Below, one piece after another: positions 27,140-36,788 of a stretch of DNA of 64,000 nucleotides (position 1 is the first letter of the stretch; each line of letters starts with the position of its first letter). The position numbers were made by a program, and so were the translations under genes. A model generated the notes under the pieces. It was given only the letters and a program-made list of their open reading frames with translations. It had not been told where the DNA came from and did not search any database. Origin of the DNA: Candidatus Methanomethylophilus sp. UBA78 (lineage in GTDB: Archaea; Thermoplasmatota; Thermoplasmata; Methanomassiliicoccales; Methanomethylophilaceae). The stretch covers positions 4,165 through 68,164 of the forward strand of contig DARY01000027.1 in NCBI GenBank assembly GCA_002503545.1, given 5' to 3'.

Positions 27140-28212
27140 ATCCTCGACCTCCTTCCTATGAGGATGGCTATGAACACCGGCCCTCCGATGACGGAGGTTA
27201 TTATCCCCACCGGGACCGACGTGCCGATGGCCGCCGGGAGTACGTGTGCGGCGAAGATGTTCGATACCAGCATGACCGTCGCACCGACCAGTGCCGAGCC
27301 GACGAGCCGGTACCTGTAGTCGCTGCCGATCAGCCTCTTCACGATGTGGGGTGCGATGAGTCCCACGAAGCCTATGACGCCCATGAACGTCACCACGATG
27401 GCGGTGACGAAGGACGATACGATGAGACCGGTTATCCTGGTATTCCTTATGTTCACCCCCAGGCCTCCCGCCATGTCGTCCCCCGCCTCCATAGCATTGT
27501 AGTCCCACCTCTTGTAGAAGAAGTAGACGAATGCCATCAGCAGGGCGAAGAAGATGATGGGCATGTTGGTCCAGGAGGCCTTCGAGAGGCTCCCGAACTG
27601 CCAGAAGACGATGGTCGAGAGCGTTGCCTCGGATGCGAAGTACTGCAGGAATCCGTGGGCTGAGCTGAATATCGCACCGATGGCGACTCCGGCCAGGATG
27701 ACGGTCTCCGGGGAGGAGTCCGTTAACTTTATCAGCAGCAGGATGACGCCCACAGAGACCATGGCGAAGACGAAGGCGGCCACGGTGACGGTGTAGGGGT
27801 TGTTGACGGTCTGTGCGGACATGACCCCTCCGCCCAGGATCATTATGCCGAACCCCGCCCCGAAGGCGGCGGCATTGGAGATGCCGAGCGTGGAGGGGGA
27901 GGCCATGGGGTTCCGGAGGATCCCCTGCATGACCGATCCGGTGAGACCGAGGGCGGACCCGCAGAGGATCGCCGCGATTATGGCTGGCAGCCTCCAGTCG
28001 TATACCGTCCAGGTCATGACCGGGTCATCCTTGTGGATCAGGGTGTGTATGATGTCTCCGTACGACATGTCGGCCGCCCCAAGCCTTATGGTGACCAGCG
28101 ACAGCACGAGAACCAGAGCTGCCATCGCGATGATGAAGTTCACCTTCAGGACCGTCTTTTTCAGATATCCGGTCGTTATGTCCGAATAGTCGTCGACGGT
28201 GATGTCGTCCAT
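27133..28212 (-). CDS. FecCD/BtuC family ABC permease
   Basis: RLP, QGILRNPMASPSTLGIS, GVIGFVGLIAPH, PVGIITS. Confidence 0.92.
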   Translation of the reverse strand: MDDITVDDYSDITTGYLKKTVLKVNFIIAMAALVLVLSLVTIRLGAADMSYGDIIHTLIHKDDPVMTWTVYDWRLPAIIAAILCGSALGLTGSVMQGILRNPMASPSTLGISNAAAFGAGFGIMILGGGVMSAQTVNNPYTVTVAAFVFAMVSVGVILLLIKLTDSSPETVILAGVAIGAIFSSAHGFLQYFASEATLSTIVFWQFGSLSKASWTNMPIIFFALLMAFVYFFYKRWDYNAMEAGDDMAGGLGVNIRNTRITGLIVSSFVTAIVVTFMGVIGFVGLIAPHIVKRLIGSDYRYRLVGSALVGATVMLVSNIFAAHVLPAAIGTSVPVGIITSVIGGPVFIAILIGRRSRIC

Positions 28213-28240
28213 CGTCCTCGGGGCACAGGCGTCGGTCAAA

Positions 28241-29494
28241 TCAGGCCGCTCCCGTCAGCACGTAGTTCTCCCCGGTTTTCTCGACCGCGACCTCCTTGAA
28301 AACCTCGGTGTCGCATCCGGCCGAGATGCCCAGGTCGTGGTAGTAGACCATCATGTTGTCCAGGGTGTCCTCCCCCGCCGCACCGTAGAGCGACACGAAC
28401 ACTGCCGAAGCCCTCTCCAGCAGGATCTCGTAGTCCGGGGTGCCGTAATTAAGGTAGGCCATGAAGTACGCTCCCGCCAGAACGCAGTCCCAGTTGGCGC
28501 CGTGGCTGATGGCGGGCAGTGTCATGAAGGTCTTCACGTCGTTGCCGGGGTTGTCGTCATGGTTCTTCTGGTATATGTTCAGAAGCACCCCTTGGCTGTT
28601 CGGGGACAGTATCTGAGCCTTGTCGAACCCTTTGCCGACACCGAAGGTTCCGGGGTCCACGACCATGCAGTCGAATGTCAGACCATTGACGTACTCGGGA
28701 CTGTTGTCGATCCTGTTTTCACTTGTCTGGGTCATTGCGTTTTTCCCACCGACGAGAGACAGGGTCGGATATGGGTTGTAAGTGGATGTAAGCGGATTGG
28801 CGCCCTGGTTGATCGGACCGCCGATGTAAATGGTGTACTCCGGTTCGCCCGTGCAGTACCCCCTTATCGCATCGATGTTGTCCTGGAATATACTCTTGAC
28901 ATCCTCCGCACGGGCCTTGTTCTTCAGGAGCTTCCCGTACAGGTCCGCCTGGTCGATGAACCTCTTGCAGAGTTTGTAATCGGAGTCCCAGAATCCTCTG
29001 CCCTCCATGTCGCTCATGGTATCGACGACGGCCAGCGGGAACAGATTTCCCAGCGAATCGCATTTGTCCTTGTTGGTTTTGTACGTCATGTCGTTGACGA
29101 GGATCAGACTCGGCCTGAGTTGGACTATCTTCTCCGAATCGTCGAGGTTGTCGTTGGAATGCGTCGCGACATTCTTCAGTATGTCTGCATAGGCATAGGA
29201 ATATGCCAGCGCACCAGTTTTGATGCTTTTCTGTATGCCGAGGTCGATCATGACGACCTTCTGCATCTCCTCGGGGAAGTATGCGAGCCACCGCAGGGCG
29301 CTCAGCCTCCCTACGGTGACTATGCCGTTGTCCAGGTTCTCGGGGATGAGCACCTCCCTGCCTGCGTAGTCGGTTACCGTCTCGTCGGAGACGTCGCTGT
29401 TGTCGGAACCGTTGTCGGACAGGATGTATGTCGAGACGCCGGCCGCCACCACTATCGCGACTACGAGTATGACGGCGATATGTTTGTTGACCAT
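28241..29494 (-). CDS. ABC substrate-binding protein (class III, iron-chelate/cobalamin type), membrane anchored
   Basis: N-terminal TM anchor, TVTDYAGREVLIP, EKIVQLRPSLIL; first gene of the ABC operon. Confidence 0.85.
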   Translation of the reverse strand: MVNKHIAVILVVAIVVAAGVSTYILSDNGSDNSDVSDETVTDYAGREVLIPENLDNGIVTVGRLSALRWLAYFPEEMQKVVMIDLGIQKSIKTGALAYSYAYADILKNVATHSNDNLDDSEKIVQLRPSLILVNDMTYKTNKDKCDSLGNLFPLAVVDTMSDMEGRGFWDSDYKLCKRFIDQADLYGKLLKNKARAEDVKSIFQDNIDAIRGYCTGEPEYTIYIGGPINQGANPLTSTYNPYPTLSLVGGKNAMTQTSENRIDNSPEYVNGLTFDCMVVDPGTFGVGKGFDKAQILSPNSQGVLLNIYQKNHDDNPGNDVKTFMTLPAISHGANWDCVLAGAYFMAYLNYGTPDYEILLERASAVFVSLYGAAGEDTLDNMMVYYHDLGISAGCDTEVFKEVAVEKTGENYVLTGAA

Positions 29495-29503
29495 CTTAAT
29501 CAC

Positions 29504-29531
29504 GTAATATTATTTCTAAAATAAGTATTAC
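29504..29531. promoter_or_regulatory. NikR-geometry palindrome GTAATA-N16-TATTAC
   Basis: Perfect 6-16-6 inverted repeat between the likely TATA (~29542-29549) and the SBP start codon. Confidence 0.6.
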
Positions 29532-29583
29532 CTAATGTTACTTATAATAATTGTTGAAATTATTTTTGTTACTAAATAAAAAA

Positions 29584-29596
29584 TTAGTATGTCTAA
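29584..29596. promoter_or_regulatory. DtxR-family-like box TTAG-N5-CTAA
   Basis: ttagtatgtctaa palindrome upstream of the metal ABC operon; short, so could be chance. Confidence 0.4.
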
Positions 29597-29602
29597 ACTG
29601 TT

Positions 29603-31222
29603 TCAGTCGCATCGTTCGCCGTCCTTCGCCCCGTCCCCCTCGGCCATCCCGCGGAGGACTCTCCAGAGCCTCTCCTCCGGGAAGTCCCTGAAGCGGCAGG
29701 CGCCGTCCATCAGGCGCCTGAGCGCCGGCGACCCCGCCCTTCTCCCGACGACCCTCGCGTTGATCCCCTCGATGAGCGGCAAGATGCCGGCCAGGACCCG
29801 GTCGTCCCCGTCCCCCGGAAGACGGTTCTTCGTCCCCCCGTAGAACAGGAGGACCCTGCCGTCCTCCAGCCGGAAGGACATGAGCGAGTCGTAGCCCCTC
29901 CCCTCCACGGTGACGTTCCCGAGGGCGGCGTACCTGACCGGGAGGTCCGCCCCCGTGTCCGCCGTCCCCCGGAGGATGTCCGAGAGGGCGAGGCGGAAGA
30001 GTTCCGTCAGGAGCGGGCACCGCACGTGCTTGGAGTCGGAGACGAAGGTGTCGCACTCCGCGCTCCAATCCTCCCCCTCGAGGAGGAACCTCCTCCTCGC
30101 CGAGGGGGACAGGGTTATGAGTGCCAGTATGGGGAGGACGACCTCCTCGTCCAGAAACTGGGGGTACCCGTCGGCGAACCATCTGCCGATGTACCAGGAC
30201 TCCTCCTCGCACTCGGCGGGCCTCACGGCCTCCCCGCGGGCGGAGAGCTGTCCGTAATGGGCGGCGACGCAGTTCCTGCCGAGGGAGGCCAGGGCCTCCC
30301 TCTCGGCCTCGGTCAGGTACAGCCCCCTGCCCCAGGACTCCCGGCGGAGTACGCTGTCCGGGTCGAGGGAGAAGCGGGTCTCCATCGGGACGGAGGACAG
30401 GCCGCCCTCGCCGGCGGCGTCCTCGAACCTCTGCATGTCCCCCAGGAAGGAGTCCACCCCGTCGATCACATGTTCCAGATACCCGAGGTTGGCGTCCCTG
30501 CAGCCGGTGCCGTCCGGCACCTCCCCTCCCTCCACGACCCCCTCCCGGACCTCGGGGTAGAGGGCGAGGAGGACCTCCCCGTCGTCCATCTGGGAGAGGG
30601 TGTCGGAGAGGCGCATGAGCCGGTCCTGGAAGTCCATGAACGGCTCCTGGTCCTCGTAGACGCGGAGGTACCTCCCCACCAGGGCGGAGTTGATCGGGTA
30701 GACGGTGCCGGTGCCGGGGCTGCCGAGGGAGACGGTGACGGTCACGCCGTTCCCCCTCAGCACGTCGAGGACCAGTTGGCGGTCGAGGACCGCATGCGCG
30801 TACGCGGAGGCGCAGAGGACTCCGCCGCCGTCCGACCCGGACCTCACGAGTGCCAGAACCCCCTCCTCGGACTCGTTGGGGTAGTAGAGGGTGCGGTTGC
30901 GGGCGTTCCCGGGGCCGCCGCGGACGAGCACCCCCTCTCCGCAGAGGGAGCGCAGGATGCGCCTCACCGCCTGGTAGTTCTGCATCCTGGACGGGAGCGC
31001 CCTCAAGGCGCCGGAGGTGTCGTTCAGGCAGTAGCCGCGGGGGTAGTCCCTCCCGTACGCGCCCTCGGGGAAGAACGACTCCGCGGCGTCCTCCCCCACG
31101 AGGCCCGACAGGGCCATGTAGCGCTTAGATTCGCTCTTGAAATCGGTGACCGGGCGCGAATACACGGTGTCCAGGAAATGACGCATCAGAAGACCCAGCA
31201 TGTTTCCGCGGCCGCTGTCCAT
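29603..31222 (-). CDS. hypothetical protein, possible N-terminal winged-helix
   Basis: 539-aa ORF with host-like codons; NYQAVRRILRSLCGEGVLVR...LYYPN resembles a wHTH recognition helix and wing. Confidence 0.6.
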   Translation of the reverse strand: MDSGRGNMLGLLMRHFLDTVYSRPVTDFKSESKRYMALSGLVGEDAAESFFPEGAYGRDYPRGYCLNDTSGALRALPSRMQNYQAVRRILRSLCGEGVLVRGGPGNARNRTLYYPNESEEGVLALVRSGSDGGGVLCASAYAHAVLDRQLVLDVLRGNGVTVTVSLGSPGTGTVYPINSALVGRYLRVYEDQEPFMDFQDRLMRLSDTLSQMDDGEVLLALYPEVREGVVEGGEVPDGTGCRDANLGYLEHVIDGVDSFLGDMQRFEDAAGEGGLSSVPMETRFSLDPDSVLRRESWGRGLYLTEAEREALASLGRNCVAAHYGQLSARGEAVRPAECEEESWYIGRWFADGYPQFLDEEVVLPILALITLSPSARRRFLLEGEDWSAECDTFVSDSKHVRCPLLTELFRLALSDILRGTADTGADLPVRYAALGNVTVEGRGYDSLMSFRLEDGRVLLFYGGTKNRLPGDGDDRVLAGILPLIEGINARVVGRRAGSPALRRLMDGACRFRDFPEERLWRVLRGMAEGDGAKDGERCD

Positions 31223-31324
31223 GGGATATGCAACGGTTTTTCAGTTTATAATATGTATCTTGGACAGTGATAAACTGAATCTCCGGGACCACGTATTAAA
31301 TCCCCATACACCGTTCTTTTCCGT

Positions 31325-31672
31325 ATGAAGTTCAACTACAAGCCGAACGGCGGAGGGCCGGCGAAGAAGAACCCGCCCAGGCAGTGGGAGGTATGGCTCG
31401 CGGACGTGTCGTTCGACGCGGGCGCCGGCAGGCGCTGCCCCGTCCTGGTGGGCAAGAGGAGCGGCATGAGCTTCGCGGTCTACGAGATCGTCCCCTCCTC
31501 CGTCCGCGGGGGGCAGGACGTGGTGATAACCGACATAATGAGGGCGGGTATGGACAAGCCCTCCGCCATAAAGGCGAAGTCCCCGATAAGCATAGAGATC
31601 GGCGCCTTCGTCCAGAGGTTGGGGGACCTGGACCAGAGCGACATCGCAAAGTGCATATCGGCGATGAGATGA
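31325..31672 (+). CDS. PemK/MazF-like fold protein, degenerate
   Basis: PRQWEVWLADVSFD...RRCPVLV...GMDKPSAIK...RLGDLDQSDI follows the MazF layout. Confidence 0.6.
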   Translation: MKFNYKPNGGGPAKKNPPRQWEVWLADVSFDAGAGRRCPVLVGKRSGMSFAVYEIVPSSVRGGQDVVITDIMRAGMDKPSAIKAKSPISIEIGAFVQRLGDLDQSDIAKCISAMR

Positions 31673-31681
31673 CCTGGCACG

Positions 31682-32272
31682 TCATCCCTTGAGGGCTCTG
31701 AGCTCCTCCTCGGCATCCTTCTCCCCGTGGCGGGCCGCCCTCCTGAGGTACTTGAGGGCGAGTTTCTCGGAGGCTTCGACCCCTTCCCCGGTTATGTAGA
31801 GCCTCCCGAGCGCCAGTTCGGCCTTGGGGTACATCTGCTCGGCCGCCTTCATGAGCCATTCCGCGGCCCTGTCATCGTCCCTCTCCGTCCCAAGACCCTC
31901 CGAGTATATGCGGTAGAGGCTGTACTGGCTCTTGTAGTACCCCTGCTCGGCCGCCTTCAGGAACCAGGAGAGGGCCATCTCGTAGGACCTCTGCACCCCG
32001 TCCCCCATGGCGTAGGCCGTGGCGAGGTTGTGCTGGGCCCTGACCTCTCCCTCCTCGGCCGCCTTGGTCCACCACTTGACGGCCTCCTGTTTGATCTGCG
32101 GGACCCCCTGCCCCTGGGCGTACATGATGCCGAGGTCGGACATGGCCCCTACATGACCCAGAGCGGCGGCGTCGGAATAGAATTCGGCGGCTTTCCCGTA
32201 GTCCCCGCTCTTGTATGCCTTGCATGCGTCTTTGAAGATCTGCTCGCTGGGGTCTTTCTTGGAGCCGAACAT
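31682..32272 (-). CDS. Sel1-like repeat protein
   Basis: AMSDLGIMYAQGQGV, AQHNLATAYAMGDGV, SQYSLYRIYSEGLG repeats. Confidence 0.9.
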   Translation of the reverse strand: MFGSKKDPSEQIFKDACKAYKSGDYGKAAEFYSDAAALGHVGAMSDLGIMYAQGQGVPQIKQEAVKWWTKAAEEGEVRAQHNLATAYAMGDGVQRSYEMALSWFLKAAEQGYYKSQYSLYRIYSEGLGTERDDDRAAEWLMKAAEQMYPKAELALGRLYITGEGVEASEKLALKYLRRAARHGEKDAEEELRALKG

Positions 32273-32458
32273 GGGCCTCCGAACGGCATCGTCGTATTTC
32301 AAGAGGTGCATCGGTGCGGCTGCATCCGTCCCGCGGGATGCGGGGCGTCCTCCGGCGGGGTGCCTTCGGCCATGCGGGCCCGCATAATATGACCCAGATC
32401 GTTGTTCCGGTACGGAACCGGGCACATCCCCGCGGTACAGATATGATGTGCCAGACGC

Positions 32459-33226
32459 TCAGAGTATCCAGCGTATGTCCGATCTGAGGTCCCTGAGGTG
32501 GGGTCTCGCCGCCCGGGCGTGCTCCACCACCCCGTTGTCGGCGTAGGTTATCAGGATCTCCTCCCCGTCGCCCGCCTTGACGATCTCCTCCCCGAGGGGA
32601 CTGTAGAGGGCTGAGCCGCCGAAGAAGACCATCCCGTCCCTGAAGGGCCCCATGCTGTTGCAGTAGACGGTGTAGACGGTGTTCTCCAGCGACCTCGCCG
32701 GCAGGATCCTCTCCATAGCCGTCCTCGAGCGCTCGGCGGACGCCGAGATGACGATGACCATGTCTGCCCCCCTCGTGGCGTAGAAGCGGTGGACCTCGGG
32801 GAACATGACGTCGTAGCAGATCTCGAGGCCGATCCTCATGCCCTTCCATTCGACCATGACGGGGCTGTGCCCCTTCTCGAACGCGTTCTCGTCGTAGGGC
32901 GGGAAGTTGGCCGTGTACAGCTTGTCGTAGCGGTAAGTATCCAGGGGCGTCACGAAGAGCATGGAGTTGGTTATGCCGTTGTACCACTGCATCGGCGCAC
33001 CGACCGCGACGGCCACGTCCAGGTTGTTGCAGATTATGCGCAGCCTGCTCTCGGTCACGACCGCGTCCTCCGGGTTGAAGTCGGAGTTCCCGTATCCCGT
33101 CAGGTAAAGCTCGGGGAAGACGTATAGGTCCGCCTTGTTCTGCATGATGGCGCCCTCTATGCGTTTGAGATTCTCCTTCGGATCCGAGGTGCCGGCAATC
33201 TGGCATATTGCGATCCTGATGCCCAT
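32459..33226 (-). CDS. carbon-nitrogen hydrolase (nitrilase superfamily)
   Basis: VFPELYLTGY, YDKLY, EICYDVMFPE (Glu-Lys-Cys triad), ARSLEN. Confidence 0.92.
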   Translation of the reverse strand: MGIRIAICQIAGTSDPKENLKRIEGAIMQNKADLYVFPELYLTGYGNSDFNPEDAVVTESRLRIICNNLDVAVAVGAPMQWYNGITNSMLFVTPLDTYRYDKLYTANFPPYDENAFEKGHSPVMVEWKGMRIGLEICYDVMFPEVHRFYATRGADMVIVISASAERSRTAMERILPARSLENTVYTVYCNSMGPFRDGMVFFGGSALYSPLGEEIVKAGDGEEILITYADNGVVEHARAARPHLRDLRSDIRWIL

Positions 33227-33339
33227 GGCGATATCAGCACTTATGCGGTATTAAAACAATGCGCAGTTTTAATCATTCAAGCGCCCCGGGGCGGGCGCCA
33301 TCGGAACACTATATTAAGAAAAAAGACATTTCCCACGCT

Positions 33340-34119
33340 ATGGCCTTCAAGGAGCTTCACAGGATAACGCGCGCTGACGCAGACTCCCTCATCGGATTCA
33401 TCAGGGGAGTCTTCGAAGAGACCGGTGCCAAAGGCGCGGTCGTCGGTATCAGCGGCGGCGTGGACTCCGCGGTGGTGGCCAAGCTCTGCGCCGATGCCAT
33501 CGGCGGCGAGAACGTCCTGTGCGTCTTCATGCCCACGGCGGTGACTTCCGGCGAGGACTTCATCCAGACCAAGGCCATGTGCAAGAGCTGGAACATACGG
33601 TACAACACCATCAGCATCCAGCCGGCGGTGGACGCCTTCTCGGGCATGCTGCTCACCGGCAAGGAGGCCCCCCTCGAGAAGGGGAACATCATGGCGAGGT
33701 GCAGGATGATCGTCCTCTACGACAAGGCCAAGAAGGAGGACTACCTGGTCGTCGGCACCACCAACCGCTCCGAGCTCCTGATGGGATACATGACCAAGTA
33801 CGGCGACGGTGCCGAGGACGTCATGCCCATGTACAACCTTTACAAGACCCAGGTGTGGGAGATGGCCGAGGTCCTCGGCGTGCCGGAGGAGATCATCCGG
33901 AAGGTCCCGACCGCCGGCCTGTGGGAGGGTCAGACGGACGAGTCCGAGATGGGGATAACCTATGCGGACCTCGACAGGGCCCTGAACGTTCTGGAGCAGG
34001 GCGGGACCGACGCCGAGATGGCGGAGGCGGCCGGCATCGAGGTGTCCAAGGCGAAGGAGCTGAGGCAGCAGGTGCACAGGATGAGGCACAAGAACTCGCT
34101 CCCCCTGGTCCCCGAGTGA
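33340..34119 (+). CDS. nadE: NAD+ synthetase (single-domain type)
   Basis: GISGGVDSAV, GNIMARCRM, GTTNRSE..MGYMTKYGD, PTAGLWEGQTDE. Confidence 0.93.
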   Translation: MAFKELHRITRADADSLIGFIRGVFEETGAKGAVVGISGGVDSAVVAKLCADAIGGENVLCVFMPTAVTSGEDFIQTKAMCKSWNIRYNTISIQPAVDAFSGMLLTGKEAPLEKGNIMARCRMIVLYDKAKKEDYLVVGTTNRSELLMGYMTKYGDGAEDVMPMYNLYKTQVWEMAEVLGVPEEIIRKVPTAGLWEGQTDESEMGITYADLDRALNVLEQGGTDAEMAEAAGIEVSKAKELRQQVHRMRHKNSLPLVPE

Positions 34120-34178
34120 TTTCCGTCCGTTCCGGGATACATTTATGTCGGGCGACGCCCGTGACGGTACCGATCGAG

Positions 34179-34511
34179 ATGCCGTCGACAGTGAAAGTCA
34201 ACATGCGCGTATGCGACAAGACCTGCAGGATCACCGCCACCCACCGCGAGGGAGGGGACGACATAACCATGGTCTCCGACTGCAAGCAGCTCCGGGACAT
34301 GGCGGCCGCCCTCGAGGGAGGGGTCTCCTCCGATGACATCTTGGACGTCTACAACAGCAGGGTGATGAAGCCCGAGGTCCGCGGCACCGTCTGTCTCGAA
34401 TGCCTCGCCGTGCCCGCCATCTTCAACGCGTGCTGGCTGGAGGAGGGCATGATATCCAAGTCCCTGGCCAGGAAGAACGGGTCCAACTCCGTCGATTTCG
34501 ACGAGGTCTGA
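34179..34511 (+). CDS. small Cys-containing hypothetical protein (DUF6951-like)
   Basis: MPSTVKVNMRVC...SDC...VCLECLAVPAIFNACWLEEGM; 110 aa; host-like codons. Confidence 0.65.
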   Translation: MPSTVKVNMRVCDKTCRITATHREGGDDITMVSDCKQLRDMAAALEGGVSSDDILDVYNSRVMKPEVRGTVCLECLAVPAIFNACWLEEGMISKSLARKNGSNSVDFDEV

Positions 34512-34605
34512 GGGCCTTCCGCCGCGTCGGGGGACACGGTCCGCCGTCAAACGCTTTATAGTTGGCTATTATATCCAATAGTCATAGGATAGTCGGGGTT
34601 TTGCA

Positions 34606-35757
34606 ATGGGCGCCATAGAAGGGGAACAGGCTTTCGTGTACGTCGGCGGGAGGAAACTCAGGAGGGGTTTCACCACCGGGTCGTGCGCCGCCCTGGCGTC
34701 GAAGGCCGCCGTCCAGATGCTGCTCTCGGGTTCGCCCGTGGATTCCGTGGACATCGTCACCCCGAAGGGCATCCCCCTGCACGTCCCCGTCGAGGACGCG
34801 GCTATCTCCCCGGACCGCGCATCCTGCGCGGTCCGCAAGGACGGAGGGGATGACGCCGACGACACCAACGGCGCCCTGATCTACGCGACGGTATCCAGGA
34901 AGGGGACCGCCGGCGTGGAGGTGGAGGGAGGCCCGGGCGTGGGGAGGGTCACGCGCAGGGGGCTGGACCAGCCGGTCGGCGCCGCCGCTATCAACCGCAT
35001 CCCGCGCGCCATGATAATGGAGGCCGTCGGGGACGTCTGCGGGGCCTTCGGATACACGGGCGGCATCTCCGTGGAGATCGGCGTGCCGGAGGGAGTGAGG
35101 ATCGCCGAGCGGACGTTCAACTCCCGCCTCGGCATCGTCGGCGGGATATCGATCCTGGGGACGAGCGGCATCGTCGAGCCCATGAGCGAGACGGCCCTCC
35201 TGGATTCCATCAGGGCCGAGACGAAGGTGTTCCTGGCCTCCGGGAGGAGGTACATCCTGACGGTCCCCGGGAACTACGGGAAGGACTTCCTCGCATCCTA
35301 CCCCGGGTTGGAGGGCCGGCAGCCCATCGAATGCAGCAACTTCGTGGGCGACTTCCTGGACATGGCCGCGGAACTGGGGGCGGAGGGGGTCCTCCTGGTG
35401 GGGAACCTCGGCAAGCTCGTCAAGCTGGCCGGTGGGATAATGAACACGCACTCCCGTAACGCGGACGCGAGGATGGAGATCCTGGCATCCAACGCCCTGC
35501 TGGCCGGGGCGGATGCGGAGACCGCGTCGAGCATACTGGGCTGCGTCTCCACCGACGACGCACTCGAGGTCCTCTCCGGGAAGGGGCTGGTCGGACCGAC
35601 GATGGACGTCCTCATCCCCAAGATCGAGTTCCACATGAACCATCGCGTCAAGGGAGCCATCCGGGTCGCGGCGATAACCTTCTCCTCCGAGTTCGGGATC
35701 CTGGGGGAGACCCCCTCGGCCGGGGAGCTCCTCAAGAAGATCGAGGCGGGAGAATGA
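34606..35757 (+). CDS. cbiD: cobalt-precorrin-5B C1-methyltransferase
   Basis: LRRGFTTGSCAA, KDGGDDAD.T.G, GVGRVT..GL, TFNSRLGIVGGISILGTSGIVEPMS. Confidence 0.95.
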   Translation: MGAIEGEQAFVYVGGRKLRRGFTTGSCAALASKAAVQMLLSGSPVDSVDIVTPKGIPLHVPVEDAAISPDRASCAVRKDGGDDADDTNGALIYATVSRKGTAGVEVEGGPGVGRVTRRGLDQPVGAAAINRIPRAMIMEAVGDVCGAFGYTGGISVEIGVPEGVRIAERTFNSRLGIVGGISILGTSGIVEPMSETALLDSIRAETKVFLASGRRYILTVPGNYGKDFLASYPGLEGRQPIECSNFVGDFLDMAAELGAEGVLLVGNLGKLVKLAGGIMNTHSRNADARMEILASNALLAGADAETASSILGCVSTDDALEVLSGKGLVGPTMDVLIPKIEFHMNHRVKGAIRVAAITFSSEFGILGETPSAGELLKKIEAGE

Positions 35758-36788
35758 GGGTCCGCATAATCGCGTTCTCGACCAAGGGCTGCCGCAAGGC
35801 GTCGGAGATAGCCGGGTTCTTCGCCGAGGGGGAGGCGGAGCTCTTCGCGAAGACGACCGCGGATTCCCTCGGCCTGCGGAAGGTGGATGTCCCCATGAGG
35901 GAATGGACGGGTAAGGCCTTCTCCGAATGCGACGCCATAGTCTTCGTCGGCGCTGCGGGAATCGCCGTCAGGGAGATCGCCCCGTTCGTCAGGGACAAGA
36001 CGGTGGACCCGGCCGTGGTCTCGGTCGACGAGCTGGGCAGGTTCTGCATACCGCTCCTGTCGGGCCACATCGGAGGGGCCAACGGGCTGGCGGTCGGCAT
36101 AGCCGGGCACATAGGCGCGATTCCGGTGGTCACCACCGCCACCGACATAAACGGCAAGATCGCCATCGATGCGTGGGCCGTGGGCAACGACCTCTCCATA
36201 ACGGACATGGGTGCGGCCAAGGAGGTGGCGGCCAGGATACTGGCCGGCGACCCGGTCGGGTTCGTCAGCGACGTCCCGGTCGTCGGTGCGGTCCCTCCCG
36301 AGCTCTCGGCCGGGGAGGCGCCCACCGGCGTATACGTCGGAACGGAGGACAGGAGGCCGTTCGGGACGACCCTCCGGCTGGTCCCCCGGGACTGCGTCCT
36401 CGGGATAGGGTGCCGCAGGGGGACCCCGGAGGAGACGATCCGGGATATGGTCTCCAGAGCCCTGGCCGCGGCCGGTCTGACCCCGGAGAGGGTGCGCGCC
36501 GTCGGCAGCATCGACCTGAAGAAGGACGAGGAGGGACTGCTCTCCTTCGCCTCCCGCCGCTCCCTCCCCGTAACCTTCTACACGGCGGCCGAGCTGAACG
36601 CCGTGCCGGGGGAGTTCTCCAGGTCGGGTTTCGTGCAGTCCGTCACCGACGTTGACTGCGTATGCGAGAGGGCCGCCGTCAGGGCATCCCGCGGCGGCAG
36701 GATAGTTCTCGGGAAGTTCGCGGGGGACGGTGTCACCGTGGCCGTCGCCCGCGAGGACTTCTCGGTTGATTTCACGAGGTATGTATGA
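35754..36788 (+). CDS. cbiG: cobalt-precorrin-5A hydrolase
   Basis: GAAGIAVR.IAP, DPAVV, PLLSGHIGGAN, VVTTATD, GIGCRRG. Confidence 0.93.
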   Translation: MRVRIIAFSTKGCRKASEIAGFFAEGEAELFAKTTADSLGLRKVDVPMREWTGKAFSECDAIVFVGAAGIAVREIAPFVRDKTVDPAVVSVDELGRFCIPLLSGHIGGANGLAVGIAGHIGAIPVVTTATDINGKIAIDAWAVGNDLSITDMGAAKEVAARILAGDPVGFVSDVPVVGAVPPELSAGEAPTGVYVGTEDRRPFGTTLRLVPRDCVLGIGCRRGTPEETIRDMVSRALAAAGLTPERVRAVGSIDLKKDEEGLLSFASRRSLPVTFYTAAELNAVPGEFSRSGFVQSVTDVDCVCERAAVRASRGGRIVLGKFAGDGVTVAVAREDFSVDFTRYV

